From assembly GCA_015064735.1 (NCBI GenBank), contig SVRP01000003.1, positions 78,248 to 142,247 on the forward strand: a stretch of DNA of 64,000 nucleotides. Reading direction: 5' to 3'. The position numbers were made by a program, and so were the translations under genes. Shown piece by piece: positions 10,105-19,826 of the stretch. Position 1 is the first letter of the stretch. Every line of letters starts with the position of its first letter. Under the pieces are notes generated by a model. The model was given only the letters and a program-made list of their open reading frames with translations, was not told the origin of the DNA and did not search any database. The stretch comes from Oscillospiraceae bacterium (GTDB lineage Bacteria > Bacillota > Clostridia > Oscillospirales > CAG-272).

Positions 10105-10704
10105 ATGAATTTAAATGAATATTTACAGGTTAAGGATTATGATTACATAGAATACTGTGATTATTTACAAAAAAAATATGGAATAGGTCTATGCGATTAT
10201 ATGACAAAAAACTGGAACAAGAACAAAAAAATATCAAGAACAAAAGAGGGGTTATATGCCCATCACAAATATGAAGATCATGCCATAATGTTATCAGATC
10301 CAATTTTTGCAAAAAATAATCCCTACGAATGGCAACAAAAACAAAATATAGTTTACTGTGATTTGCTTGAACATCTATTCCTACACATATTAATTTGTGA
10401 GAATCCATCAAGGAACAAAAACCAACATGAAAATGTTGGTTTCGGCGGCGTTGTAAATTTAATTGCTCCTGAGCTAAACGATGTCTATAGCGGTTGGATT
10501 ACATCTCAGGAATGGAGAAAAAAATGCCATTCAATGGTAATTGATGATGAAAACGTATATCTACTACTCTTGAAACGGTTTAAGGAGTTCTACAATTACA
10601 ATCCTTTTATTATAAAACAATTGTGTAGCAGTTTTAATGCACCATTACGTATTTGGTCTGAAAAAAACAATCGTAAAATATATAAAAAAATCAAAAAACT
10701 CTAA
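10105..10704 (+). CDS. Hypothetical protein with a possible degenerate HNH/His-Me-finger-like motif, in an AT-rich islet
   Basis: GGAGG lies 7 nt before ATG 10105. The 199-aa product begins MNLNEYLQVKDYDYIEYC. The pattern EGLYAHHKYEDH...NIVYCDLLEHLFLH loosely resembles HH...N...H..H. I counted 15 of 60 G+C at 10141-10200. Confidence 0.6.
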   Translation: MNLNEYLQVKDYDYIEYCDYLQKKYGIGLCDYMTKNWNKNKKISRTKEGLYAHHKYEDHAIMLSDPIFAKNNPYEWQQKQNIVYCDLLEHLFLHILICENPSRNKNQHENVGFGGVVNLIAPELNDVYSGWITSQEWRKKCHSMVIDDENVYLLLLKRFKEFYNYNPFIIKQLCSSFNAPLRIWSEKNNRKIYKKIKKL

Positions 10705-10753
10705 TACAATATGATTACAATTTACAATCATCACTGTCATAGTACAAATAATC

Positions 10754-10785
10754 GACCTTGCGGAGAAATCCGCAAGGTCTTTTTT
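10754..10785 (+). terminator. Intrinsic terminator (copy 2 of the same hairpin stem)
   Basis: GACCTTGCGGA-gaaa-TCCGCAAGGTC-TTTTTT. Both 11-nt arms are identical to those at 10012-10039. Confidence 0.8.
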
Positions 10786-10852
10786 ATATTTCGTATTGAA
10801 AACGCGGTTATTTTGTGATATAATTGTTCGGAAATATATTTCGGAGGAAAAT

Positions 10853-11377
10853 ATGAAGGAATTAGCGTTTATTTTAAATCTCCTTGGACTTGCGGCTACT
10901 CTTGCGGCTTCTCTTATAAAAGGCGAAAAAATGAAAAAGGTTCTCGTCTTGATTCTTATAGGAAACGCCTTGGTGGCAATCGGATATCTTTGCTCCGGGA
11001 CGGGAATAAACGGAGCCGCCTCAGGACTTCTTGCCTGTGTTCAAACTTTAATAAATTTTATATTTGACGCAAAAAACAAGCCTATTCCCAAGTGGCTTAT
11101 CGGTATATACATAGCTTCTTTCATTGCTGTAAACATCCTTGTCGGCGGGCTTACCGTTGCGACTCTGCTTGCGTCTCTCGCATGTATAGCCTTTATTGTC
11201 AGTATTCTTCAAAAAAACGGGAAGAATTTCAGAATCTGCGCCATTATCAACACGGTCATATGGATATCCTATGACATATTCACAGGCTCCTACTCGGCTT
11301 TGATTACTCACGGAACCATTCTTGCGGTAAACGTTGTCGGATTCCTGATCCATGATATAAAAAAGAAAAAGGCATAA
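10853..11377 (+). CDS. Small polytopic inner-membrane protein (YgjV-like, tentative)
   Basis: The start MKELAFILNLLGLAATLAASL follows GGAGGAAAAT. About 5-6 hydrophobic helices and a K-rich C-terminus are present. The family assignment is from memory only. Confidence 0.5.
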   Translation: MKELAFILNLLGLAATLAASLIKGEKMKKVLVLILIGNALVAIGYLCSGTGINGAASGLLACVQTLINFIFDAKNKPIPKWLIGIYIASFIAVNILVGGLTVATLLASLACIAFIVSILQKNGKNFRICAIINTVIWISYDIFTGSYSALITHGTILAVNVVGFLIHDIKKKKA

Positions 11378-11416
11378 AATAAATCCCATCGAATTTTTTC
11401 GATGGGATTTATTTTT
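11378..11416. terminator. Bidirectional terminator between convergent genes
   Basis: AAATCCCATCGAA-tttt-TTCGATGGGATTT, flanked by an A-run and a T-run. Confidence 0.75.
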
Positions 11417-11831
11417 AGTTTGCTTTTGTTTCGCAATAGATACAGCGGTAAACTCTGTTTTCCTTATCGGTAAGCTTGAACTTATGGATTATTTCCTGCT
11501 CAGTGGTCGTTATGCAACGGGGGTTCTTACAACGGATAACTCCCGTAAGTGTCAGGGGAAGCTCCATGCTCTTTTTCTCTACTATCTTGCCGTCCTCGAT
11601 TATATTTACCGTTACCTCGGGAGCTATAAATCCGATTATATCAAAATTGATATCAATTGCCGCATCTATTTTGATAATATCCTTTTTGCCCATTTTCTCG
11701 CTTCCTACGTTCTTTATAAGGGCTATGGAGCAATCAAGCTCGTCAAGTCCGAGGAGATCGTAAAGAGTCATTCCCTTTCCCGCGGGAATATGGTCTATTA
11801 CAAAGCCGTTCTGAATTGAATCTATATTCAT
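11415..11831 (-). CDS. pyrI: Aspartate carbamoyltransferase regulatory subunit
   Basis: 138 aa. The C-terminal zinc motifs CKNPRCIT...YRCIYC are present. The gene overlaps the pyrB stop. Confidence 0.9.
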   Translation of the reverse strand: MNIDSIQNGFVIDHIPAGKGMTLYDLLGLDELDCSIALIKNVGSEKMGKKDIIKIDAAIDINFDIIGFIAPEVTVNIIEDGKIVEKKSMELPLTLTGVIRCKNPRCITTTEQEIIHKFKLTDKENRVYRCIYCETKAN

Positions 11832-12754
11832 ATCGTTCCCGCCTCCTTCAAAAGCTTAAGTATGAGAGCCTTTCTCATTATCTTTGCGTTATAAACCTGC
11901 TTGAAATAGCAAGCTCTGGGGTCATCGTCGATAGCTACGCTTATTTCGTTTACTCTGGGAAGCGGGTGCATTATGCAAAGGTCGCTCTTTGCGTTATTCA
12001 GCTTCTGGGGAGTAAGAATATAGCTATCCTTAAGTCGGAGATAATCCTCCTCGTTAAAGAATCTTTCCTTCTGAACACGGGTCATGTAGAGCACGTCAAG
12101 CTCGGGCATTACTGCTTCGAGGTCGGTGGTCTGCACGTATTGCATGTTATTCTTATCCATAATGTCGGTCTTTACGTAGCTTGGAAGCTTCAATTCATTG
12201 GGAGAAATGAGAACTACCTTTATGCCCGTATATCTTGAAAGAGCGGCAATAAGGGAATGTACGGTTCTACCAAACTTAAGGTCTCCGCAAAAACCTACGG
12301 TAAGGTCCTGTAATCTTCCCTTCTCGCGGCTTATGGTAAGAAGGTCGGCAAGGGTCTGAGTGGGATGATTATGTCCGCCGTCTCCCGCATTGATAACGGG
12401 AATAGATGCCGCATTTGCAGCTACGAGGGGAGCTCCCTCCTTGGGGTGGCGCATTGCGATTATATCCGCGTAGCAGCTTATAACCTTTGCGGTATCCGAC
12501 ACGCTTTCACCCTTTGAGGATGACGTATTTGCCGCGTCGGAGAAGCCGATAACGCTTCCGCCCAGCTCTATCATTGCCGCCTCAAAGCTGAGACGGGTTC
12601 TTGTTGAAGGCTCAAAGAAAAGCGTTGCAAGCTTTTTGCCCTTACATTTCTCGGAATACTTATCGGGAGCGGCGATCATATCCATTGCCGTATTAAGAAG
12701 CTCATCGATCTCTTCTACCGAAAAATCCAAAATATCAATCAGACTTCTTTTCAT
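11828..12754 (-). CDS. pyrB: Aspartate carbamoyltransferase catalytic subunit
   Basis: [17 protein letters not shown] and HPLPR motifs are present. Confidence 0.95.
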   Translation of the reverse strand: MKRSLIDILDFSVEEIDELLNTAMDMIAAPDKYSEKCKGKKLATLFFEPSTRTRLSFEAAMIELGGSVIGFSDAANTSSSKGESVSDTAKVISCYADIIAMRHPKEGAPLVAANAASIPVINAGDGGHNHPTQTLADLLTISREKGRLQDLTVGFCGDLKFGRTVHSLIAALSRYTGIKVVLISPNELKLPSYVKTDIMDKNNMQYVQTTDLEAVMPELDVLYMTRVQKERFFNEEDYLRLKDSYILTPQKLNNAKSDLCIMHPLPRVNEISVAIDDDPRACYFKQVYNAKIMRKALILKLLKEAGTI

Positions 12755-12766
12755 TTTTGCCTCCGA

Positions 12767-13408
12767 TCAAGCACCTATCCAGCTTTCGTCGGAAGGATTG
12801 TTACGGAATGCGATAAGACGCTTTACATCCTCCTGACGAATATACTTTTCCTCTGCCGCAACCTCTGCGATTACGTCGAAGTTGGTAAGGGAGTAGTTTA
12901 TAACATCAGCAGCCTTAAGTCTCTCAATTCCCTTCTTCATACCGTAAGTGAAGATGCTTACTACGCCAAGAACCTCTGCTCCTGCCTCACGAAGAACGTT
13001 TACGACCTCAATTACGCTTCCGCCGGTGGAAATAAGGTCTTCAACAACGACTACCTTCTGTCCCGCTTCAAGTCTGCCCTCTATCTGATTCTGTCTGCCA
13101 TGGTCCTTTGCGCCCGAACGAACGTAGCCCATAGGCATATCAAGAAGATGCGCGGTAATTGCCGCGTGAGCAATTCCTGCGGTAGAAGTTCCCATAAGCA
13201 CCTCTGCAGTGGGGAAATGAGTCTTTATAAGCTCTGCAAGTCCGCGCTCAACGTCGTTTCTTACAGCGGGAGCGGTAAGTGTAAGGCGGTTATCGCAATA
13301 CACGGGACTCTTTATTCCGCTTGCCCAGGTAAAGGGCTCCTCGGGACGGAAAAATACTGCTCTGATAGAAAGCAGATCCTTTGCAATTACTCTTTCGATA
13401 GATTCCAT
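12767..13408 (-). CDS. pyrE: Orotate phosphoribosyltransferase
   Basis: The PRPP-binding loop reads [13 protein letters not shown]. Pyr operon context supports the call. Confidence 0.9.
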   Translation of the reverse strand: MESIERVIAKDLLSIRAVFFRPEEPFTWASGIKSPVYCDNRLTLTAPAVRNDVERGLAELIKTHFPTAEVLMGTSTAGIAHAAITAHLLDMPMGYVRSGAKDHGRQNQIEGRLEAGQKVVVVEDLISTGGSVIEVVNVLREAGAEVLGVVSIFTYGMKKGIERLKAADVINYSLTNFDVIAEVAAEEKYIRQEDVKRLIAFRNNPSDESWIGA

Positions 13409-13444
13409 TTTTTATCCTCCGTTAATTTTTATATTATTTTTATT

Positions 13445-14143
13445 TCAGTCGCAAAATTCTCTTACGCATCTTTCGTAAGCCGCTACGGGATCTTCTGCAG
13501 CGGTAATAGGTCTGCCTACAACGATATAGTCAGAGCCGATCTTCTTTGCCTCGGCGGGAGTCATAACTCTCTTCTGATCTCCGATATCTCCGTCAGCAAA
13601 TCTTACGCCGGGAGTAACGGTCAGGAACTTTTCTCCACAGGTATCGTGTACCTTACCTGCTTCAAGAGGTGAGCAAACAACGCCGTCCAGTCCCGCAACC
13701 TTTGCGTTATGCGCATAGTGCATAACCACGTCCGCAATAGGCTTCTCAATGAGAAGGTCCTTTTCCATGCTCTCCTGGTCGGTTGAGGTAAGCTGTGTTA
13801 CGGCAATAAGGAGAGGTCTTGTTCCGTCAGGTCTTGTAAGTCCTTCAAGGGCGCCCTCCATCATACGGATAGTTCCGGCAGCGTGAAGGTTGGTCATGTC
13901 AACGTCAAGTCTCGAAAGAACCGCCATAGACTTCTTTACTGTGTTAGGAATGTCGTGGAGCTTAAGGTCAAGGAATATCTTATGTCCTCTCTTCTTGATC
14001 TCACGGACTATAGAAGGACCTTCCGCGTAGTAAAGCTCCATTCCTATCTTTACGAAGGGCTTTCTGCCTGTGAATTTGTCAAGAAACGCAAATGTTTTTT
14101 CCGCGCTGTCAAAATCGCACGCAATAATTACGTCTTTTCCCAT
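13445..14143 (-). CDS. pyrF: Orotidine-5'-phosphate decarboxylase
   Basis: FLDLKLHDIPNT and IVVGRPIT motifs are present. Confidence 0.9.
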   Translation of the reverse strand: MGKDVIIACDFDSAEKTFAFLDKFTGRKPFVKIGMELYYAEGPSIVREIKKRGHKIFLDLKLHDIPNTVKKSMAVLSRLDVDMTNLHAAGTIRMMEGALEGLTRPDGTRPLLIAVTQLTSTDQESMEKDLLIEKPIADVVMHYAHNAKVAGLDGVVCSPLEAGKVHDTCGEKFLTVTPGVRFADGDIGDQKRVMTPAEAKKIGSDYIVVGRPITAAEDPVAAYERCVREFCD

Positions 14144-14171
14144 TTTATTATCTCCTTTTCTTTATATTATT

Positions 14172-14963
14172 TTACTTTAAGTTATCTGCCCAAAACGCCG
14201 CCATTCTGACCCACTCGGCTATTGCTGTGTTTTCTATGTTTTCCCTATGGCGTGAGGTTATCTTATTGGACAGTGCCACTCCGTGGGGAGCGTCGGGATA
14301 TACGTGAAGCTCAAACTGAAGCTCTGCTTCCCTGTATGCCGCGCCAAGAGTCAGCGAATTTCGTACGTCCACTATCTCATCATTCGACGTATGCATTATA
14401 AATGCGGGTGAGCTGTCCTTATCCACGTGCTTATCAAGCGAAACCGCATCAAGCATTTCCTTTGTTGGCTCTTTGGTTGCCAACAAATTTTTGAATGAGC
14501 GCATATGGTCGCATATTACGGGATATATAAGCATTACACCCTTTGGTCTGTTGTAGCCGTACTGCATATCCACAGCCTCGTAAATTGCGGGGTGCTTCCA
14601 GAGAATTCCCGTGCTTGCCGCAAGGTGTCCTCCCGCGGAAAAGCCTACTGTAAATATTTCCTCGGAATAAATACCAAAGTCCTTTGCCTTATCCTTTATA
14701 AGCTTTATAGCCTTAGCCGCCTGTATAAGCTGAATTGGAAAGGGCTTTTCCTTACCCGTATAGTAGTGCAATACGAATGCGTTATATCCGTATGGTATAA
14801 ACGCATGAGCTATAGGCTCTCCCTCTCGGTCAGAGCATACGTTTGCATATCCGCCTCCGGGAATTACGAGAATTGCCTTTCTCGTAAAATCGGGGATTGG
14901 GTCTGCGATATATGCATCTACATATCCGCAGTCATCATCGAGCTTATATCTTTCTACTCTCAT
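14172..14963 (-). CDS. Alpha/beta-hydrolase (esterase/lipase-type) embedded in the pyr operon
   Basis: The oxyanion region reads VIPGGGY and the nucleophile elbow reads GFSAGGH. Later SNDEIVD and APHG could supply the Asp and His. Its ATG overlaps the pyrD TGA (ATGA at 14960-14963). Confidence 0.75.
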   Translation of the reverse strand: MRVERYKLDDDCGYVDAYIADPIPDFTRKAILVIPGGGYANVCSDREGEPIAHAFIPYGYNAFVLHYYTGKEKPFPIQLIQAAKAIKLIKDKAKDFGIYSEEIFTVGFSAGGHLAASTGILWKHPAIYEAVDMQYGYNRPKGVMLIYPVICDHMRSFKNLLATKEPTKEMLDAVSLDKHVDKDSSPAFIMHTSNDEIVDVRNSLTLGAAYREAELQFELHVYPDAPHGVALSNKITSRHRENIENTAIAEWVRMAAFWADNLK

Positions 14964-15871
14964 TTTATCGCTCCTATTATCTCTGAAAGATCGGTAATTC
15001 CGTACTTTTCCATGGTCTTTGGAAGCTCTTCTATGATATTCTTACATGCAAAGGGGTCGATAAGGTTAGCGGCTCCGACCTCAACGGCGGTAGCGCCTGC
15101 CATCATCATTTCGATTACGTCCTCTGCCGTAGAAACACCGCCCATTCCCACTACGGGAATATTCACCGCATGAGACACCTGATATACCATTCTCACTGCT
15201 ACGGGGAAAATGGCGGGACCCGAAAATCCGCCCATTTTATTGGCGATCACGGGGGTACGTCTGCGAAGGTCTATTCTCATACCGAGCATAGTATTAATAA
15301 GGCTGATTCCGTCAGCACCCGCCGCCTCGCAGTCCTTTGCGATGGAAACGATATCGGTTACGTTAGGAGAAAGCTTCACAATAACGGGCTTTGTGGTTAC
15401 CTTCTTTACGGCTCTCGTTACCTCGGCTGCCGCCTCGGGAGACGTACCGAAGCTCATTCCGCCGCCGTGAACGTTGGGACAGCTTACGTTTACCTCAAGC
15501 CAACCCACCTGCTCGCAAGCGTCAAGCTTTTCGCAAGTATACGCATAATCCTCAATGGCAAATCCGCTGACGTTTGCCATTACCTTTTTATTAAAGCATT
15601 TGGCAAGTTTGGGAAGCTCCTCGGATATTACGCTTTCAACACCGGGATTCTGAAGTCCTACGGCATTTATCATACCCGAATAGCACTCGGCAATTCTCGG
15701 AGTAGGATTTCCGAATCTTGCATCCTTAGTCGTTCCCTTGAAAGAGAAGGTTCCAAGCAGGTTTATGTCGTAAAGCTCGGCAAACTCGTATCCGAACCCA
15801 AAGGTTCCGCTTGCGGGGATAACGGGATTGTCAAGCTCTATGCCGCAAAGGTTTACTTTCATTTTTCCCAT
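14960..15871 (-). CDS. pyrD: Dihydroorotate dehydrogenase (class 1B) catalytic subunit
   Basis: The sequence begins NLCGIELDNPVIPASGTFGFG. NVSCPN and GGVSTAEDV motifs are present. It is paired with pyrK. Confidence 0.9.
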   Translation of the reverse strand: MGKMKVNLCGIELDNPVIPASGTFGFGYEFAELYDINLLGTFSFKGTTKDARFGNPTPRIAECYSGMINAVGLQNPGVESVISEELPKLAKCFNKKVMANVSGFAIEDYAYTCEKLDACEQVGWLEVNVSCPNVHGGGMSFGTSPEAAAEVTRAVKKVTTKPVIVKLSPNVTDIVSIAKDCEAAGADGISLINTMLGMRIDLRRRTPVIANKMGGFSGPAIFPVAVRMVYQVSHAVNIPVVGMGGVSTAEDVIEMMMAGATAVEVGAANLIDPFACKNIIEELPKTMEKYGITDLSEIIGAIK

Positions 15872-16593
15872 ATTATCTCCTCCTTTACAAGCACGGGGCC
15901 GTCCTTACATATTCTCTTGTTTCCGTAGAGGGTCTTACAGGAGCATCCCATGCACGCGCCAAATCCGCATCCCATTCTCTCCTCAAAGCTGAACTGTCCG
16001 CTTGTTTTGCTTTCGTTGTAGACAGCCTTAAGCATAGGCTCGGGTCCGCATGTATAGAAGTAGCTGTATTCCATATCCTTCATTGCATTGGTTACAAAGC
16101 CTTTGACACCGTAAGAACCGTCTGCAGTCGCTACTGTAACCTTACATCCAAGAGCCTTGAAATCCTCCTCGCAGAAAACCTCGCTCTCGGTATTAAAGCC
16201 GAGTATTACCGACACGTCCTTGCCCATTGCTCTGAGCTTTTTAGCAAGGAGATACATAGGAGGAACTCCCACGCCTCCGCCTATAAGGAGAGGTTTATCT
16301 CCTGCCTTTGAAAGGTCATATCCGTTGCCGAGACCCGTTAGCACGTCAAGCTCGCCGCCCTTCATGCTCCTCATCTGCTCGGTTCCCTTTCCTACGACCT
16401 TATAAATTATGGTAACCGCTTTTTCATCGCAATCGTATACCGAAATGGGACGGCGGAGATACAAGCCCTCAAGCTTGATATTTATAAACTGTCCCGCTTC
16501 GGTAATTGCAGACGTATCGCCCTCAAGGCGCATGCGCATTACGTTTTCCGTAAGCGCTACGTTTTCACTTATCTTAAAAATTCCCTGCTTCAT
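15859..16593 (-). CDS. pyrK: Dihydroorotate dehydrogenase electron-transfer subunit
   Basis: I chose the start MKQGIFKISENV (CAT at 16591-16593, GGAGATAAAA upstream). The C-terminal 2Fe-2S cysteines read CGFGACMGCSC...CKDGP. The longer track ORF would overlap the carB stop. Confidence 0.85.
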   Translation of the reverse strand: MKQGIFKISENVALTENVMRMRLEGDTSAITEAGQFINIKLEGLYLRRPISVYDCDEKAVTIIYKVVGKGTEQMRSMKGGELDVLTGLGNGYDLSKAGDKPLLIGGGVGVPPMYLLAKKLRAMGKDVSVILGFNTESEVFCEEDFKALGCKVTVATADGSYGVKGFVTNAMKDMEYSYFYTCGPEPMLKAVYNESKTSGQFSFEERMGCGFGACMGCSCKTLYGNKRICKDGPVLVKEEIIWEK

Positions 16594-16609
16594 TTTTATC
16601 TCCGTTCTA

Positions 16610-19600
16610 TTATGCGTCGATGGTAGAGATGCAGAGAGTAGTCTCCTCAAGCACGTCAAGAAGAACTCTTACGGTATCAAGCGACGAGAAGAGGGTTACG
16701 TTACTTTCTATTGCCCACTCTCTTATCTGCTTTCCGTCGCTCAATTGATTTGCATGCTGAAGGTCGCTTGTATTAATGACGTAAGCTATATGTCCCTGAC
16801 GTATGGACTCCTGAATTTCGTTGCTTCCGGTTTCAATCTTTGCAAGAATATGAGTGCGGATTCCGTTACTCTTTAAGAAGTTTGCCGTTCCCTCGGTAGC
16901 CTCTATATTAAATCCGAGATTATAGAATCGACGTATAAGGGGAAGCGCCTCCTCCTTATCCTTATCCGCAATGGTTACAAACACAGTTCCGTAATTCTGG
17001 AGGTGCATTCCTGACGCTTGAAGCGCCTTATAAAGCGCTCTGTTAAGCTTGTCGTCGTATCCTATTGCTTCACCCGTAGACTTCATTTCGGGAGAAAGAT
17101 ACGCGTCAAGTCCTCTTATTTTACTGAATGAGAATACGGGAACCTTTACGTACCATCTCTTCTTCTCGTCGGGATAAATTCCGAATATTCCCTGCTCCTT
17201 TAAGGTTCTGCCGAGAATTACCTCGGTTGCAATATCAGCAAGGCTATATCCCGTTGCCTTTGAAAGGAAAGGAACGGTTCTTGAGGATCTGGGGTTAACC
17301 TCGATTATAAACACCTTCTCTTCCTTATCTACGATAAACTGAATATTGAACAGACCCTTGATGCCGATTCCGAGTCCGAGCTCCTTTGCGTAGGTAAGAA
17401 TTGTTCCCTTGACCTTATCCGAAATGCTGAAGGTAGGATATACGCTTATAGAGTCTCCCGAGTGAACGCCCGTTCTCTCTACGAGCTCCATAATACCCGG
17501 AACGAATACGTCGTAGCCGTCGCAGATCGCGTCAACCTCAACCTCTTTACCGATAATATACTTATCTACGAGAACAGGTCTGTCCTCATCTATTTCAACG
17601 GCGGTCTTAAGGTATTGACGGAGCTGATCCTCGTTTCCAACGATCTGCATAGCGCGTCCGCCGAGAACGAAGCTGGGACGGACAAGCACGGGGTATCCGA
17701 TTCTCGCAGCTGCCGCTACACCGTCCTCTATATTGGTTACTGCCTGTCCCTCGGGCTGAGGAATTCCAAGCTTATGAAGAATCTTTTCGAAGCTGTCTCT
17801 GTTCTCCGCTCTCTCTATGGCGTCGCAGTCGGTTCCGATTATATCGACCCCTCTCTTCATAAGAGGCTCTGCGAGATTGATAGCGGTCTGTCCCCCAAGA
17901 GATGCTATGACTCCCTCGGGAGCTTCGAAATCAACGATATTCATTACGTCCTCGGGAGTAAGAGGCTCAAAGTAAAGCTTATCGCTTGTTGTATAGTCGG
18001 TAGAAACGGTTTCGGGGTTATTGTTTATAATTATCGCTTCAAAGCCCGACTTACGTATCGTAGTTACCGCATGCACGGTAGAATAATCGAATTCAACTCC
18101 CTGTCCTATACGGATAGGTCCTGCTCCGAGAACCAGCATCTTTCTCTTATTTGTAAGACGGGAATCGTTCTCTCCGCTGTAGGACGAGTAGAGGTAAGGA
18201 ATATACGCGCCCGTATGGAGCGTATCTACCATTCTGAACACGGGAATAATATTTTCCGCTTTACGGAGATTGCATACGTCAAGCTCGTCGCACTCCCAAA
18301 GCTTTGCTATGAACTTATCGCAAAAGCCCATTTTCTTTGCTTCACGGAGAAGCTTTGTATTTTTCTTATTTGAGGCAAGCTTCTTTTCCATCTCCACGAT
18401 TCCGAGAATCGTTTCAAGGAAGTAGCGGGTTATTTTTGTAAGTCCGTAAAGCTCTTCTACGCTAACACCTCTGCGCAAAAGCTCGGTAACGGCAAATATA
18501 TTATCGTCCTTAAACTGGAGCGTATAATTCTTAAGCTCCTCGGTGCTCATTCTGTCGAATTTAGCCATGTGGAGGTGGCAAACGCCTATTTCAAGGGAGC
18601 GCACAGACTTGAGCATACACTCCTCAAGATTTGAGCCTATTCCCATTACTTCACCGGTTGCCTTCATCTGAGTTCCGAGAACGTTGGAGGCTGAGGAGAA
18701 CTTATCGAAGGGGAATCTGGGGAACTTTGCGACTATATAGTCAAGTCTGGGCTCAATGTCCGCAGTTGCGTTTGCTATTTCTATCTCGTCAAGGGTCATA
18801 CCTACCGCTATCTTAGCTGTTACTCTTGCGATAGGATATCCGCTCGCCTTGGATGCAAGCGCCGAGGAACGGGATACTCGGGGATTAACCTCGATAAGAT
18901 AATATTCGGAGGAATCGGGGCTAAGCGCGAACTGAACGTTACATCCGCCCTCGATCTTAAGCTCTTTAATTATACGTATCGCGCTGTCGTTAAGCATCTT
19001 GAGGTCGTGGTCGTTAAGTGTAAGGATAGGAGCTACAACTATAGAGTCTCCCGTATGAACTCCTACGGGGTCTATATTTTCCATTCCGCATATGGTTATG
19101 GCCTTATCGGAGGAATCGCGCATTACCTCAAATTCTATTTCCTTATATCCCTTTACAGATTTCTCTATAAGGACCTGGTGAACGGGAGAAAGCTTAAATG
19201 CGTTTCTGCCTATCTCTATAAGCTCTTCCTCGTTATTAGCGAATCCGCCGCCCGTTCCACCAAGCGTGAACGCGGGACGGAGAACCACGGGATAACCGAT
19301 TTCTTTTGCAGCCTTCTGCGCCTCAATAAGGCTATATGTGATCTGCGAAGGAATGGTAGGCTCGCCTATAGACTGACACATTTCCTTGAAAAGCTCTCTG
19401 TCCTCTGCTCTCTCTATACTTTCGCTGCTGGTTCCGAGAAGCTCCACGCGGCATTCCTTGAGTATGCCCTTCTTTTCAAGCTGCATAGCAAGGTTAAGTC
19501 CTGTCTGTCCGCCGATTCCGGGAAGTATTGCGTCCGGTCTCTCATATCTGAGTATTTTCGCGATATATTCGAGAGTCAGGGGCTCCATGTACACCTTATC

Positions 19601-19783
19601 GGCAATGGTGGTATCGGTCATTATGGTTGCGGGGTTTGAGTTAACCAGCACTACCTCATAGCCCTCCTCACGAAGCGCGAGGCACGCCTGGGTTCCTGCA
19701 TAGTCGAACTCCGCTGCCTGACCTATTACGATAGGTCCTGAACCGATAATCAAAATCTTTTTCAAATCTTTTCTCTTTGCCAT
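16610..19783 (-). CDS. carB: Carbamoyl-phosphate synthase large subunit
   Basis: 1057 aa with duplicated ATP-grasp halves. The N-terminus reads ILIIGSGPIVIGQAAEFDYAGTQA and the second half reads VLGAGPIRIGQGVEFDY. An MGS-like C-terminus is present. Confidence 0.95.
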   Translation of the reverse strand: MAKRKDLKKILIIGSGPIVIGQAAEFDYAGTQACLALREEGYEVVLVNSNPATIMTDTTIADKVYMEPLTLEYIAKILRYERPDAILPGIGGQTGLNLAMQLEKKGILKECRVELLGTSSESIERAEDRELFKEMCQSIGEPTIPSQITYSLIEAQKAAKEIGYPVVLRPAFTLGGTGGGFANNEEELIEIGRNAFKLSPVHQVLIEKSVKGYKEIEFEVMRDSSDKAITICGMENIDPVGVHTGDSIVVAPILTLNDHDLKMLNDSAIRIIKELKIEGGCNVQFALSPDSSEYYLIEVNPRVSRSSALASKASGYPIARVTAKIAVGMTLDEIEIANATADIEPRLDYIVAKFPRFPFDKFSSASNVLGTQMKATGEVMGIGSNLEECMLKSVRSLEIGVCHLHMAKFDRMSTEELKNYTLQFKDDNIFAVTELLRRGVSVEELYGLTKITRYFLETILGIVEMEKKLASNKKNTKLLREAKKMGFCDKFIAKLWECDELDVCNLRKAENIIPVFRMVDTLHTGAYIPYLYSSYSGENDSRLTNKRKMLVLGAGPIRIGQGVEFDYSTVHAVTTIRKSGFEAIIINNNPETVSTDYTTSDKLYFEPLTPEDVMNIVDFEAPEGVIASLGGQTAINLAEPLMKRGVDIIGTDCDAIERAENRDSFEKILHKLGIPQPEGQAVTNIEDGVAAAARIGYPVLVRPSFVLGGRAMQIVGNEDQLRQYLKTAVEIDEDRPVLVDKYIIGKEVEVDAICDGYDVFVPGIMELVERTGVHSGDSISVYPTFSISDKVKGTILTYAKELGLGIGIKGLFNIQFIVDKEEKVFIIEVNPRSSRTVPFLSKATGYSLADIATEVILGRTLKEQGIFGIYPDEKKRWYVKVPVFSFSKIRGLDAYLSPEMKSTGEAIGYDDKLNRALYKALQASGMHLQNYGTVFVTIADKDKEEALPLIRRFYNLGFNIEATEGTANFLKSNGIRTHILAKIETGSNEIQESIRQGHIAYVINTSDLQHANQLSDGKQIREWAIESNVTLFSSLDTVRVLLDVLEETTLCISTIDA

Positions 19784-19826
19784 TTTTTATATCCTCCGTT
19801 TTTCAAATCAAATTAAATCTATAATT

